The notes beneath the pieces are model-generated. The model was not told the origin of the DNA. It did no database searches and worked only from the letters and a program-made list of their open reading frames with translations. A stretch of DNA of 64,000 nucleotides from Klebsiella phage 150049. Numbering within the stretch: position 1 is the first letter of the stretch; each line of letters opens with the position of its first letter. The stretch lies in sequence record OP045498.1; one strand, given 5' to 3'. Of the stretch, positions 43,073 to 52,960 are shown in pieces. Made by a program: the position numbers and the translations under genes.

Positions 43073-44947
43073 ATGAATCGCAATGAAGAACTAAAGTATA
43101 AAGGAATGCAGTCCTTGATTCGAAACTGCAAAGAAATTATCGAAGGTTCAGCAGATGAAGAGCTGCTGTTTAATAATGCCAATAAGCCCTCAGAACGTTT
43201 CCCTACACAAAGGGATATGCTTGCAGGGGAATTGAGTAAATATCTGATTCTGGAAGAAATGCCAATCCAGATTCGAAATGCTCACATGATTGGTGATATT
43301 CACTTCCATGATGCTGATTACGCTGCGTTAGGTATGACTAACTGTTGCCTGGTTGCTTTGGAAGATATGTTGAAGAATGGTATGAAGGTTGGTAATGCTG
43401 AAATCAGTACACCAAACTCTATTACTACTGCGGCTGCTATCACAGCTCAGATTATCACTCAGGTTAGTTCACATCAATATGGGGGTACTTCTGTAGACCG
43501 ATTAGATGAAGTATTGGCTCCTTATGTTCGTAAGTCTTATGATAAGAATCATGCGTTTGCAAAGCGTTGGACTAAGGATGAAGCTAAAGCATCTGTAATG
43601 GCTACGGAAATGACTGAGAAAGAAGTTTACGATGCCTGTCAGGGCCTGGAGTATGAAATCAATACGATGTTCAACTCTAATGGTCAAAGTCCGTTTATTA
43701 CCTTTGGTTTTGGTCTAGGAACTTCTTGGGAAGCACGTCTTGTACAGAAAGCAATACTAGAAGTACGTATGGATGGTTTGGGTATCAATAAACGTACAGC
43801 TATCTTCCCTAAACTGGTATTTGTTTTGCGTGAGGGCGTAAACATGAAACCTGGTGATGTTAACTATGATATCAAGAAGTTAGCTATGAAATGTACTGCT
43901 GAACGTATGTATCCTGACTACATCAGTTATGATAAGGTTGTAGAAGTTACGGGGGACTACAAAGTCTCTATGGGCTGTCGTTCGTTCCTGGCTGCTGCGG
44001 AAGATGGTGAAACTTCTGGTCGTAACAACTTAGGCGTTGTTTCCGTAAACCTTCCTCGAATCGCTATCGAAGCGGAAGGAAATATTGATCTATTCTTCGA
44101 TCTGCTTGAGCTGCGTGTGGATACCGCGTTAAAAGCATTGGAGTGGAGGGTTGATCGCTTAAAATACATTCAAGCTAAAGCTGCGCCCATCCTCTATATG
44201 TCAGGAGCCTTTGGATTACGTCTGGGGCCAGATGAATATGTATTTGATCATTTCTACAAGCGTGCTTCTGTATCTCTAGGATATATTGGTTGCCACGAAA
44301 TGTTGCAGCTCATGTTTGGTAAAGATGTAGATACAATGTCTGAGTCTTGTATCAAGTTCGTTCAACGTGTGCTACAATACATGCGTGATCGTGCTGATCA
44401 GAAGAAGGAAGAGACTCAATTAGGGTATAGTCTGTATGCTACACCATCTGAATCTCTATGTGATCGCTTCTGTCGCCTAGACCGTGAGTATTTCCCAGAG
44501 CATGAAGATATTCTGGCTAAAGGATATTACACTAATTCCCATCACCTTGATGTAGAACGTAAGGTTGCTCCAAATGTGAAGTTTGATTATGAGTCTAACT
44601 TTACTCCTATTGCTTCTGGTGGGTGCATTTCCTATGTGGAATTACCGGATATGAAACGATTCCCTGATGCACTGGAATGGGTTATTAACTATGCTGCAAG
44701 TAAAGTTCATTACTTCGGTATTAATACTCCAGTAGACTCTTGTGGGGAATGTGGGTTCTTGGGTGAAACTATAGCTTCTGAGGATGGTTTCAAATGCCCA
44801 ATTTGTGGCAATCATGATCCTGAGACTCTTGAGGTAACTCGTCGAGTTTGTGGATATCTTGGAAACCCAGGTGCTCGTCCATTTAACCCAGGTAAACAAC
44901 ATGAGGTTATGGGTCGAGTGAAACATCAGGACATTCGCGCTAAATAA
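43073..44947 (+). CDS. nrdD: anaerobic ribonucleoside-triphosphate reductase (624 aa)
   Basis: C-terminal glycyl radical motif TRRVCGYLG, Zn-ribbon CGECG..CPICG. Confidence 0.9.
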   Translation: MNRNEELKYKGMQSLIRNCKEIIEGSADEELLFNNANKPSERFPTQRDMLAGELSKYLILEEMPIQIRNAHMIGDIHFHDADYAALGMTNCCLVALEDMLKNGMKVGNAEISTPNSITTAAAITAQIITQVSSHQYGGTSVDRLDEVLAPYVRKSYDKNHAFAKRWTKDEAKASVMATEMTEKEVYDACQGLEYEINTMFNSNGQSPFITFGFGLGTSWEARLVQKAILEVRMDGLGINKRTAIFPKLVFVLREGVNMKPGDVNYDIKKLAMKCTAERMYPDYISYDKVVEVTGDYKVSMGCRSFLAAAEDGETSGRNNLGVVSVNLPRIAIEAEGNIDLFFDLLELRVDTALKALEWRVDRLKYIQAKAAPILYMSGAFGLRLGPDEYVFDHFYKRASVSLGYIGCHEMLQLMFGKDVDTMSESCIKFVQRVLQYMRDRADQKKEETQLGYSLYATPSESLCDRFCRLDREYFPEHEDILAKGYYTNSHHLDVERKVAPNVKFDYESNFTPIASGGCISYVELPDMKRFPDALEWVINYAASKVHYFGINTPVDSCGECGFLGETIASEDGFKCPICGNHDPETLEVTRRVCGYLGNPGARPFNPGKQHEVMGRVKHQDIRAK

Positions 44948-44953
44948 TGAATC

Positions 44954-44990
44954 AGCCAGGTTGCTAGTCGACCTGGCTTTTATTTTATTT
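44954..44990 (+). terminator. rho-independent terminator (AGCCAGGT..ACCTGGCT plus TTTTATTTT)
   Basis: hairpin 44954..44978. Confidence 0.7.
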
Positions 44991-45025
44991 GCTTTCGAGC
45001 TAAAACTTATGTATAATTGATTTAT
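44989..45025 (+). promoter_or_regulatory. T5-type early promoter (rightward)
   Basis: -35 TTGCTT 44989..44994, -10 TATAAT 45012..45017, then ATAAATTTGAGAGGAG. Confidence 0.65.
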
Positions 45026-45045
45026 AAATTTGAGAGGAGAAAGCT

Positions 45046-45327
45046 ATGAGCGAATTGCTTCCGAAAGTAGATGTTTCCCATCTTGGCGAGCCTAGTGAAG
45101 AACGTAAGGCCCTAGATTGGTTGGGCGGATTTGATTATCGTCGTGTTGTTGCAACATGGAATGATAAGAAAGTTAAGAAGTTTCGGGTACATTATGTAGG
45201 TAAAGACAAGTGGCTCTGGATTGATTATGAAGAATCGAAGGGGTCTACTAAGGCTGTGAAAATTTATCGTATGTATGGGTATTATTATGCTCACTGTGAT
45301 AAGAATGAATTTACAGTACAGAACTAA
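45046..45327 (+). CDS. hypothetical protein (93 aa)
   Basis: ORF track. Confidence 0.5.
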   Translation: MSELLPKVDVSHLGEPSEERKALDWLGGFDYRRVVATWNDKKVKKFRVHYVGKDKWLWIDYEESKGSTKAVKIYRMYGYYYAHCDKNEFTVQN

Positions 45328-45336
45328 GGAACAAGA

Positions 45337-45540
45337 ATGAAAAACGTAAAACATCTTAAATATCGCTTAATTTACAACGGACGTATGGAAACAGAAGATC
45401 TAGCTCAGCTAGCGATCAATTCAGATGAAGTTACAGTTCGTGCTTTGTCCATCGAGAAGCTGCGTGCTTCTTACGAAAATCGTATTATGGAATTGGAGGA
45501 AAAACTTTATGGACTTCTTGAATCAGAATCTAAAAAGTAA
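45337..45540 (+). CDS. hypothetical protein (67 aa)
   Basis: ORF track. Confidence 0.4.
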   Translation: MKNVKHLKYRLIYNGRMETEDLAQLAINSDEVTVRALSIEKLRASYENRIMELEEKLYGLLESESKK

Positions 45541-45703
45541 TTTAGAAAATATGCTTATGGAGCAGTGGAATGCTGGGTATAATGCTGGAGTAGCTACCTG
45601 TATTGCTGGTTTGGATATGCTTATTAAGCAAGAGAAGGTTCGCCCAGAAGAAGCAATTCTGCTCCAAAATATCATCGAAGGATTCAAGCAAGGAATCGTA
45701 TAA
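45509..45703 (+). CDS. hypothetical protein (64 aa from MDFLNQNLK)
   Basis: RBS GGAGGA 8 nt upstream; longer ORF-track start rejected. Confidence 0.4.
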   Translation: MDFLNQNLKSNLENMLMEQWNAGYNAGVATCIAGLDMLIKQEKVRPEEAILLQNIIEGFKQGIV

Positions 45704-46554
45704 TGCGTAGACTAATCGTTGTTAGTGGTGCAGGTTTGAGTGTAGATAGTGGTGTTCGTGCTTTCCGTACTGATACTGCTAGTGGGAAATCCTTGTGGGA
45801 TGAGTACGATCTAGAGGAAGTATGTAGCTTGCCTAACTTTGAAGCTGGCTTCCGTCGCTTCTGTGGTGAAGATGATCCTAACTACTTCAGTGCTCGTTTC
45901 CCTGGCATTGATAAAGATGGTAACGATCTGTATCTCAAGACTCATGAGTTCTACAACATGCGTCGTCAGGAATTACAGACTGTTGAGCCTAACATTGCCC
46001 ATCTGCGAATTGCAGAATGGTTCCAGCGTTATGGTGCGGATAGCGTGAAGAACTTCACTACTAACGTTGATGACCTTCTGGAACGTGCTGGTATCCCTCG
46101 TGATGAAATCATTCACGCTCACGGGTACTTGAAAGAGGTGATCTATCGTCAGGGTCGCAACCAAATCATCGAAGATGTTGGGTATACTGCGATTGCCCCT
46201 GAGGATTACGAATGGGTAAAACCAAACGTAACATTCTTTGGTGAGACGGCTCCGTGGTATATGGGTCAGATTAACCTGTTTGATACACTTACTAGCAATG
46301 ATATGGTTATTGTAGTAGGTTGTAGCAACCAAGTAATCGACTTCAACTGGGAGCTATTTCCTGCTGTATGTCGTGGAACTAAGATGATGGTTGTTAACCC
46401 ACAAGTTCGTTATGACGAACAGCTTGAGTATGAGAAACGTGGTGTTACTGTATGGCGTGCTGGAGCTGCCGAAGTTTTTGGTAATAAACACTTTATTGAT
46501 CAAGTTGAAGCTTTTATGGAGGGAAATATTTATGTCCCAGAAAAGCATGTGTGA
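45703..46554 (+). CDS. Sir2-family NAD-dependent deacylase/ADP-ribosyltransferase-like protein (283 aa)
   Basis: N-terminal Rossmann motif VVSGAGLSVDSGVRAFR typical of sirtuins. Confidence 0.7.
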   Translation: MRRLIVVSGAGLSVDSGVRAFRTDTASGKSLWDEYDLEEVCSLPNFEAGFRRFCGEDDPNYFSARFPGIDKDGNDLYLKTHEFYNMRRQELQTVEPNIAHLRIAEWFQRYGADSVKNFTTNVDDLLERAGIPRDEIIHAHGYLKEVIYRQGRNQIIEDVGYTAIAPEDYEWVKPNVTFFGETAPWYMGQINLFDTLTSNDMVIVVGCSNQVIDFNWELFPAVCRGTKMMVVNPQVRYDEQLEYEKRGVTVWRAGAAEVFGNKHFIDQVEAFMEGNIYVPEKHV

Positions 46555-46714
46555 TCTTTTAGTATGGCCAGACGGTAGTTGGTGCTACCGTTTCGAATTT
46601 GCTACTGATGACTTCTCATGGAAGAGTGATGATTTCTGCGTTATCTATGAGGATACAGCAGAATGGAAAGAGTTCCTTATTAAGGAGGGAGAATATGGTG
46701 AAGAAGATTTTTAA
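46547..46714 (+). CDS. small acidic protein (55 aa)
   Basis: ATG overlaps Sir2 stop. Confidence 0.35.
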   Translation: MCDLLVWPDGSWCYRFEFATDDFSWKSDDFCVIYEDTAEWKEFLIKEGEYGEEDF

Positions 46715-46880
46715 GGGTATCTGGAAAGGTCTAGTATGGTTTGTCAACCTAATCGGTATGATTACCATTTATTCTCTGTTCCTATCTGTTATGTGGGGTA
46801 AAGGTGAATTGAAGGTTCCAGTTCCTTTTACTGATGAAGTTAAAGTCTGGACGTGGGATGCTACTGGTGGAAATAAGTAA
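46695..46880 (+). CDS. small membrane protein (61 aa)
   Basis: RBS AAGGAGGGAG; TM WFVNLIGMITIYSLFL. Confidence 0.4.
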   Translation: MVKKIFKGIWKGLVWFVNLIGMITIYSLFLSVMWGKGELKVPVPFTDEVKVWTWDATGGNK

Positions 46881-47373
46881 TACTCCTGTGATTTTCCTGG
46901 ATATTGATGGGGTGCTCAATTCGAGCATCTCTCACCATCATGCTCCAGATAGTGAGAAGCTATTCTTTGGTGGTGATTGGGTTTACAAGCCATTACTCCA
47001 GGCTTTTCAGAACTTTCTTAAGCCATCCCCAATAATGATTGTTGGGGTATCTTCATGGTTTTCTGTACGAAACGAGATGGAGAACGTCCAGATTATGACC
47101 GGACTCGGTTTGATCGATCGTTTTCTTGGTACTACAGATTTTACTGGTGGCGGTTTATCTCGTGGTAATTCTGTCTTACGTTTCGTCGAAAAACATAAGC
47201 TTAAGCATTGGTGCGTCCTAGATGATGCTGGTGCTATGATGTATCAATTTCCTACTGTTATTGTAAATGGCAGGACTGGAATAAACCTTCAAGATTTAAA
47301 CGCTATCAGCTATATGCTGGAGTTTAGTCCAGATCTTGAAATGTGTAAGGCTCTTCAGAAACTTAAGGTATAA
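46834..47373 (+). CDS. HAD-superfamily hydrolase (179 aa; start may be 46858)
   Basis: motif I FLDIDGVL. Confidence 0.6.
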   Translation: MKLKSGRGMLLVEISNTPVIFLDIDGVLNSSISHHHAPDSEKLFFGGDWVYKPLLQAFQNFLKPSPIMIVGVSSWFSVRNEMENVQIMTGLGLIDRFLGTTDFTGGGLSRGNSVLRFVEKHKLKHWCVLDDAGAMMYQFPTVIVNGRTGINLQDLNAISYMLEFSPDLEMCKALQKLKV

Positions 47374-47375
47374 GC

Positions 47376-47804
47376 ATGTTCAATAATATTTTCATGAAAG
47401 AGGTAAATCCTATGCTTCTCAACTTCTGGCGCTCTCTCCCTAATGGTATGTATAATGAAACCATCAATCTGCTCAAGATTTGGTGTGAGAATAACGATAT
47501 CTTCTTATCCTTTAAAGGCCCGCTAGAGGAAGCTCCGTGTATTGGAGTTAGCGTGGATTTAGGGGAGGGAGTAGAAGAGATTGTAGACTGGAAAGAACTC
47601 GATGAAATGGGTCTGGTTTTTGCCTTGAACCATAAGCTGTTTATGCCTGCAAATCACCGTCTTATTGTAAATTATCGCACTGGTGAAGCTCCTGCTTTCC
47701 AGGTAAATGAACGTGAGGGCTGGTCATATTCGCCCGAGGAAGTAAATGAGGGGATTCAGAAACTTCGTCGTTTCGGGTATATGATCCCAGGTTTAACTGC
47801 TTAA
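47376..47804 (+). CDS. hypothetical protein (142 aa), paralogue of next gene
   Basis: shares ..GL(V/I)(F/V)ALN..(F/I)..P..TGE(A/S)P..Q(V)..E..I..G(Y/I)..PGL with 47814..48209. Confidence 0.5.
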   Translation: MFNNIFMKEVNPMLLNFWRSLPNGMYNETINLLKIWCENNDIFLSFKGPLEEAPCIGVSVDLGEGVEEIVDWKELDEMGLVFALNHKLFMPANHRLIVNYRTGEAPAFQVNEREGWSYSPEEVNEGIQKLRRFGYMIPGLTA

Positions 47805-47813
47805 GGAGGCAGA

Positions 47814-48209
47814 ATGGAACAAGTATTTTGGCGTCAGATAGATCCTAGTTTGGTAGAGCGTGCTGAGGGGCTCCTTGCACGTTGGTTGGGGGTTGACAAG
47901 GTTAGTGTAACATTTCCGTTTACTTCTGTAACAGACCCTAGTGTAGGTGTCTTTGTGGACGAAGATGAAGATGATGGTTGGGAAGCTGACTGGAATGAAT
48001 TGTCCAGCATGGGCTTGATTGTTGCCCTCAACTTCTCTATATTCCATCCACGTGGCTTAGCCATTACACGTGACCCCGAAACTGGTGAATCCCCTTATCT
48101 TTTGCAAGTAGAAGATGATATTTGGGAGTACACCGAAGATATTCTCGAAGAAGCTAAAGGTCAATTAAATCGCATTGGAATCTATGTCCCAGGCCTAAAT
48201 GATGATTGA
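47814..48209 (+). CDS. hypothetical protein (131 aa), tandem paralogue
   Basis: RBS AAGGAGG. Confidence 0.5.
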   Translation: MEQVFWRQIDPSLVERAEGLLARWLGVDKVSVTFPFTSVTDPSVGVFVDEDEDDGWEADWNELSSMGLIVALNFSIFHPRGLAITRDPETGESPYLLQVEDDIWEYTEDILEEAKGQLNRIGIYVPGLNDD

Positions 48210-48300
48210 TTTTCATTAGCTCAATCCTGATTACCGAGTCATTTTGACTCGGTTTTCTCTGTGCTCAAGGACACTGATAGCACCTTCGGAAAAATTTTAC

Positions 48301-48337
48301 TTGCAGGATGCTCAAAATCTTGATATAATATTTATAT
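48301..48337 (+). promoter_or_regulatory. T5-type early promoter
   Basis: -35 48301..48306, -10 TATAAT 48324..48329. Confidence 0.55.
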
Positions 48338-48359
48338 TGAATTGAGAGACATTAGTAAA

Positions 48360-48825
48360 AATTGATTTTGCTAATTTTTCTTGTTTACAATCCGCAATAC
48401 GGAACAGTTAGGCTGCCCCATTAAGGGTTGTTTTAACTATTACTAGTGTTTATACTGCATTAGTTAATTATCAATTAAGTGATCTGCGTACCCTGAATTC
48501 GGAAAGGTAAATCCAAACCGTGCATATTTAGCTCGTTATATAGGCAGAGCTTTATATGGGGGTGCGAACGAAAAGAGCAGCGAATGGTGACACGTCCAGT
48601 AGCCACCTACCAATAGGATAGTGAGGGCAATCAGAATCGGCTTAGCGGCCAATGACCTAGGTTCTGATCTGGATAAGAGTTAAGAGAGCGCAGCACTGAG
48701 GTATGATAACTTATTCATACTGCTTGATGGTGATTAATGTTTGTGTAAATGGTAGTAATAGTTGTTCTATTCTTTTGAATAGTCCTAAAGAAAGATATCC
48801 GAATAACCAACATAGGAGTATTGTT
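48360..48825 (+). other. long (~465 nt) ORF-poor leader with a GC-rich core (about 48540..48680) upstream of origin-binding helicase; candidate ori/regulatory RNA
   Basis: no convincing CDS; AT-rich flanks around GC-rich block. Confidence 0.3.
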
Positions 48826-51615
48826 GTGTTCTCAATCCTACAAGGTCACGCAGGATTTTTCAGAGATAAAGCCACTGGCATCTGGAAAGAGATCAAAGTG
48901 GAAGATTACACCTTTGCAAAGCGATTCTCTAAAGAGCATCCAGAAGGTAAACCAGCTTCCATGCCCTTCAAATTTGATGTACTTGAAGAACTTGACCCGC
49001 AAAACCTTGCTGAAATGTTACCTATCATGCGTCGTCTTACCAAAGACCCGCATATTGTAGCTATTCGGGGTAAGTGTCTAGCTCCAAAAGATAATGTGCG
49101 TCGTACCAGAGGAAACTTTAACGTATCCAATCCTAGTCATATTATTGCTATGGACGTGGATGGTATTGTAGATACTGGTGGCTATGACAAGTTTAATCTT
49201 GTTGGCATGGCACGTTATATTATTAAGATGTTGAATAGTATTAGTGAGGATATGTTTCCTCTTGATGCAGGGTTTATTGCCCATGCATCGTCTTCGGCTG
49301 GATTAAAACCAGGTATCCGAATGCACTTAATGCTAGAATCTAATGTCAAGGTAACGCAGGGACAGTTAAAGTTCTTATTTACATCTATCAATGATAGTAG
49401 TAAGCAAAAGTACGGCTTTGATATTGCTGACTTAGCTTATTATTCTTCTGTTCAGCTTCACTATTTCGCAGATCCCTTATTTGATGATGGTATAGTCGAT
49501 CCGTTTAAAGCGGAGAATAAACCACGTCTTGTGTATGTTAAGGGTTCGAAGGTAAATCTACCTAATAACCTAGTTGACTTTGAAACAACTAGAGGTGAGT
49601 TTAAAGAAGAGTTCTACTCCTTACTTGACCAAATTAAAGGCAAGAAGGCTGCATCTGATAAAGTGGAAGAAACCATCAGCGAACTAGAAGAAGCTGAGGA
49701 TGGAGTGTACCTGCGTATTATTCCAAAACTTTATCACAGAGCGTTAGAAGATGGTGTTGACTTTACGTGGTTAGAACGTGAAATTAAACCAGCTTTATCT
49801 GAGTATATTGCGACTAAAGATAATAGTCGTAATATTCAAGATTACTTTAATAACGGTCGTAAGCAGGCTCTCAAAGCCTTTGTAAATAACTCCAAACGTG
49901 AGATTCCACCAAACTTAAAAGGTGTACCATTAAAACGTCTAGACACAGATTCTCCACCAGAAGTTCCATACCTGAAAATTAACATTGTACCACCAAAAGG
50001 ACATTTAACATTTGTTAAGGCAAGTCTTGGTACAGGTAAAACCACAGCAGTAACTAAGTGGCTAGATGCAGGTGTTCTTCCAGGAAACTTTATTGCAATC
50101 ACGAATACTAGGGCACTTGTATCTTCAAACGCGAAGAAATTCGGTGCTGGTCAGTATGATAAGTCAGTTGATATGCTGAACTTCAAACGTGGTGCCATTG
50201 ATCGTATGTCTTCAACTATTCACTCTATCCATAAGTTCAAGAGCTTTGTGGGTCAGATTGATACGGTCTTTATTGATGAATGTGACGCAGTAATGAATGA
50301 TCTGTTATTCGCTCCGGTTGTTAAAAACCGTCGTGAATGTATTCAGGTTCTTCGTGATATCCTTATTACTGCTAAAACTGTTATCTTATCCGATGGTGAT
50401 ATCAGTGCAGAAACGATTGAAGCCTATGGTTCTTTGATTGATTTTGATAAACCAGTCGCATTTTATAATCACCACCGTAAAATGCTGGCGAAAGCTCATG
50501 CTTATGAATTCCCTGATGAATCCAGTATTTGGGTTGCACTTCAAACATCTTTAGAGATGGGGGAGAAATCAATCCTAGTATCTGACTGTGGCCCGGATGA
50601 ACTGAATGAGAAGGGAATGGCATTACGTCGTAATACTGGTGCGTTAGTTAAAGAAATTCACTCAAACTCTACGTCTGATGTAGATATCCGACGTATTCTG
50701 GATTATACAACTAATGAGCTAATTGATCAACAGATTGATTGTTTATTATGTAGTCCATCTGTAACGAGTGGTGTTGACTTTAACTATTTTGATAACGTAT
50801 TCGTAATCACTAGAACCTCAAACCAAGCGCCAAACATGCGTTTCCAAGCAATCAGGCGCGACCGTGGTGCTCAGAACATTTATTATTTTATTGATAAATC
50901 TACGAGTGGATTTTCTGCGGGTTCCGAGCAATATAATATTGATGAGGGTTGGGTTGAGTTAGCTCAGCAGCTGTATGCACGTCGTCGTGAACTGGAGTCC
51001 AGAAACTATACTAGTACTTTGCGTTATTATCTGCTTGATCAGGGTGCAACTATTGATATTTTCAGTGAAAGCTGGGGAACTATCGAAGGTGCAAGCAAAG
51101 AGTATACAGAAGAGCGAATCAAAGCTATTTTGCACTCAACTCCTGAATATTGCGCACCACGTCATGCAGATGCCTATGAAGCTAAATTGCTTCTGGTTCG
51201 CTATTATCACCTGGATTCTATTAAAGATGTAACAGTGGAACACGTTGAACAATATATCAAAGATAAACCGAACGATAGAGCTGCATTTTTCCACAAGATG
51301 CACGATATGTTCTGGGAAGATATTAAGAAGTGTTCAAATGTAACAATCAAACCGTTTATCGAAGCTCTTAAGAATAAGAAGAAGGATTTCTTCCTTAAAA
51401 CAGGTCAGAGTGCTAACCCAAAATATGCTCGTATGTACCTTGGCATGATGGGTATTGGTAAAGATCTGGATACGGAAAAGATTGTGGACTGGTACAGAAC
51501 TTACTGTAAGATCGAATGTATGCCGATTCCAGTTAAGTTTATGACAGATGGAGAACGTCAGATGCATGAGGAAGCTCTTGCTGAATTGGGAGCTAGAAAT
51601 GACAGTGAAGAATAA
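48826..51615 (+). CDS. UL9-like replication-origin-binding SF2 helicase (about 929 aa from GTG 48826)
   Basis: Walker A SLGTGKTT, motif II IDECD; AGGAG 8 nt before in-frame GTG; ORF-track start 48703 lacks RBS. Confidence 0.6.
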   Translation: MFSILQGHAGFFRDKATGIWKEIKVEDYTFAKRFSKEHPEGKPASMPFKFDVLEELDPQNLAEMLPIMRRLTKDPHIVAIRGKCLAPKDNVRRTRGNFNVSNPSHIIAMDVDGIVDTGGYDKFNLVGMARYIIKMLNSISEDMFPLDAGFIAHASSSAGLKPGIRMHLMLESNVKVTQGQLKFLFTSINDSSKQKYGFDIADLAYYSSVQLHYFADPLFDDGIVDPFKAENKPRLVYVKGSKVNLPNNLVDFETTRGEFKEEFYSLLDQIKGKKAASDKVEETISELEEAEDGVYLRIIPKLYHRALEDGVDFTWLEREIKPALSEYIATKDNSRNIQDYFNNGRKQALKAFVNNSKREIPPNLKGVPLKRLDTDSPPEVPYLKINIVPPKGHLTFVKASLGTGKTTAVTKWLDAGVLPGNFIAITNTRALVSSNAKKFGAGQYDKSVDMLNFKRGAIDRMSSTIHSIHKFKSFVGQIDTVFIDECDAVMNDLLFAPVVKNRRECIQVLRDILITAKTVILSDGDISAETIEAYGSLIDFDKPVAFYNHHRKMLAKAHAYEFPDESSIWVALQTSLEMGEKSILVSDCGPDELNEKGMALRRNTGALVKEIHSNSTSDVDIRRILDYTTNELIDQQIDCLLCSPSVTSGVDFNYFDNVFVITRTSNQAPNMRFQAIRRDRGAQNIYYFIDKSTSGFSAGSEQYNIDEGWVELAQQLYARRRELESRNYTSTLRYYLLDQGATIDIFSESWGTIEGASKEYTEERIKAILHSTPEYCAPRHADAYEAKLLLVRYYHLDSIKDVTVEHVEQYIKDKPNDRAAFFHKMHDMFWEDIKKCSNVTIKPFIEALKNKKKDFFLKTGQSANPKYARMYLGMMGIGKDLDTEKIVDWYRTYCKIECMPIPVKFMTDGERQMHEEALAELGARNDSEE

Positions 51616-51832
51616 AAAGTGGGAGACAAGGAAGTTTCCCGTAAAAGAACGTAAAACTTCTGTTTACGATACTGCGGAAAAACTATGTAGGGTTGTACCC
51701 CCTCGTCTCGCTGGCATCCCTAATGTCTCCATATGGTTACTTAAACAACGGAAGACTCGTGTGTCTCTTCGCATTGGCTTTGAGTTAGATAAAGTCTATG
51801 CTGAACTTGCTTCTTTGCTCAAAGAATCATAA
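51599..51832 (+). CDS. hypothetical protein (77 aa)
   Basis: ATG 51599 overlapping helicase 3' end. Confidence 0.4.
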   Translation: MTVKNKKWETRKFPVKERKTSVYDTAEKLCRVVPPRLAGIPNVSIWLLKQRKTRVSLRIGFELDKVYAELASLLKES

Positions 51833-51841
51833 AAATTTTAT

Positions 51842-51878
51842 TTGCTTTCAGGAAAAATTTTCTGTATAATAGATTCAT
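51842..51878 (+). promoter_or_regulatory. PN25-type T5 early promoter
   Basis: TTGCTTTCAGGAAAAATTTTCTGTATAATAGATTCATAAATTTGAGAGAGGAGTT is essentially identical to the classical T5 PN25 sequence. Confidence 0.85.
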
Positions 51879-51901
51879 AAATTTGAGAGAGGAGTTTAAA
51901 T

Positions 51902-52606
51902 ATGGCTGGTTCTCGTAGAAAGAAACTTATCCATGAAATCCCTGATGAAACCTTTAAAAAGGTCATCGAACATCTGGAGAATGGTGGTACTAAGAAAGCA
52001 GCATGTGAAATGCTCGGTGTTTCTTCTAACCCAACTATGGAACGAATGATCGAGGAATGGAGAGATCGTCAGGTTCAAGTTGCGGAAATGAAAAAGAAGA
52101 AGCGTGGAACACTGATTGAGGGTGTTGAGCTTGCAAACGTAATTGAACAGTATCTTTCTGGTGATTCTTTTGAAGAAATCGCCGATCGTAACTATCGTTC
52201 TGTAGCGATGATTAAATCTGTTCTGGAACGTTATGGTGCTCTGCTTCGCTTAAACGATATTGTTGATCCATTGAATCCTCCGTTGATTCCTGATGATGCA
52301 ATGGCAGAAGAATTTGAAGTTGGCGAACTTGTTTGGGTTCCCGGCTACCAGTGTATCGGTGAAATCAAGAAAGCAATGACTAATCCAGTTGGTTGTTATC
52401 GTGTTTGGTTGTTATCAGAAGGTAAACAACAGAACGTTCACTATATGCACTACGAATTAGCTTCTGTTAAACATCTGGAAAAGCTGGGTGTTGACGTTAA
52501 AGCTCTAGGCTTTAAGTGGAGTCGTGAAGAAGTTATCACGTTGGTTAATGAAGCTGTTAAAGCTGCCCTGAAACTCGATAAAGAGAAAGGAAAACGCCGT
52601 GAGTAA
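51902..52606 (+). CDS. helix-turn-helix DNA-binding protein (234 aa)
   Basis: HTH GTKKAACEMLGVSSNPTMERMI. Confidence 0.5.
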   Translation: MAGSRRKKLIHEIPDETFKKVIEHLENGGTKKAACEMLGVSSNPTMERMIEEWRDRQVQVAEMKKKKRGTLIEGVELANVIEQYLSGDSFEEIADRNYRSVAMIKSVLERYGALLRLNDIVDPLNPPLIPDDAMAEEFEVGELVWVPGYQCIGEIKKAMTNPVGCYRVWLLSEGKQQNVHYMHYELASVKHLEKLGVDVKALGFKWSREEVITLVNEAVKAALKLDKEKGKRRE

Positions 52607-52853
52607 ACTAACTGATCTGTTAAAAGCTGGGGATGTAAAATATCTCCAGCGAGATAGCTGGGAAAACAATACTTATTCTACTACTATTATCAAAGTAGAT
52701 GTTGATAATAATGACATTGTAGAATTTACATGGTGGTGGTCTAAAGATGGACGCACTAAACTCACGCTAGACGATGCATCGTGGAAAACCACTGAGCTAA
52801 CTCTAGACGAAGCTCTGGCCGACGATTGGGAGATCGTTGAACTAGATGTGTAG
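52599..52853 (+). CDS. hypothetical protein (84 aa)
   Basis: ORF track. Confidence 0.5.
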   Translation: MSKLTDLLKAGDVKYLQRDSWENNTYSTTIIKVDVDNNDIVEFTWWWSKDGRTKLTLDDASWKTTELTLDEALADDWEIVELDV

Positions 52854-52873
52854 CAGTTACTGAAAAATTTCAG

Positions 52874-52910
52874 TTGCTTAATCCTGTAATTCTTGATATA
52901 ATATTCTCAT
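52874..52910 (+). promoter_or_regulatory. T5-type early promoter
   Basis: -35 TTGCTT 52874..52879, -10 TATAAT 52897..52902. Confidence 0.65.
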
Positions 52911-52960
52911 AGTTTGAAAGAACTATTCTGTTTAATTCTTAATTAAGGAAATCGAAAAAT

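Noticed and set aside
48703-48825. ATG 48703 as start of the origin-binding helicase
   Set aside because: No Shine-Dalgarno, Cys/Asn-rich improbable leader. In-frame GTG 48826 has AGGAG at ideal spacing.
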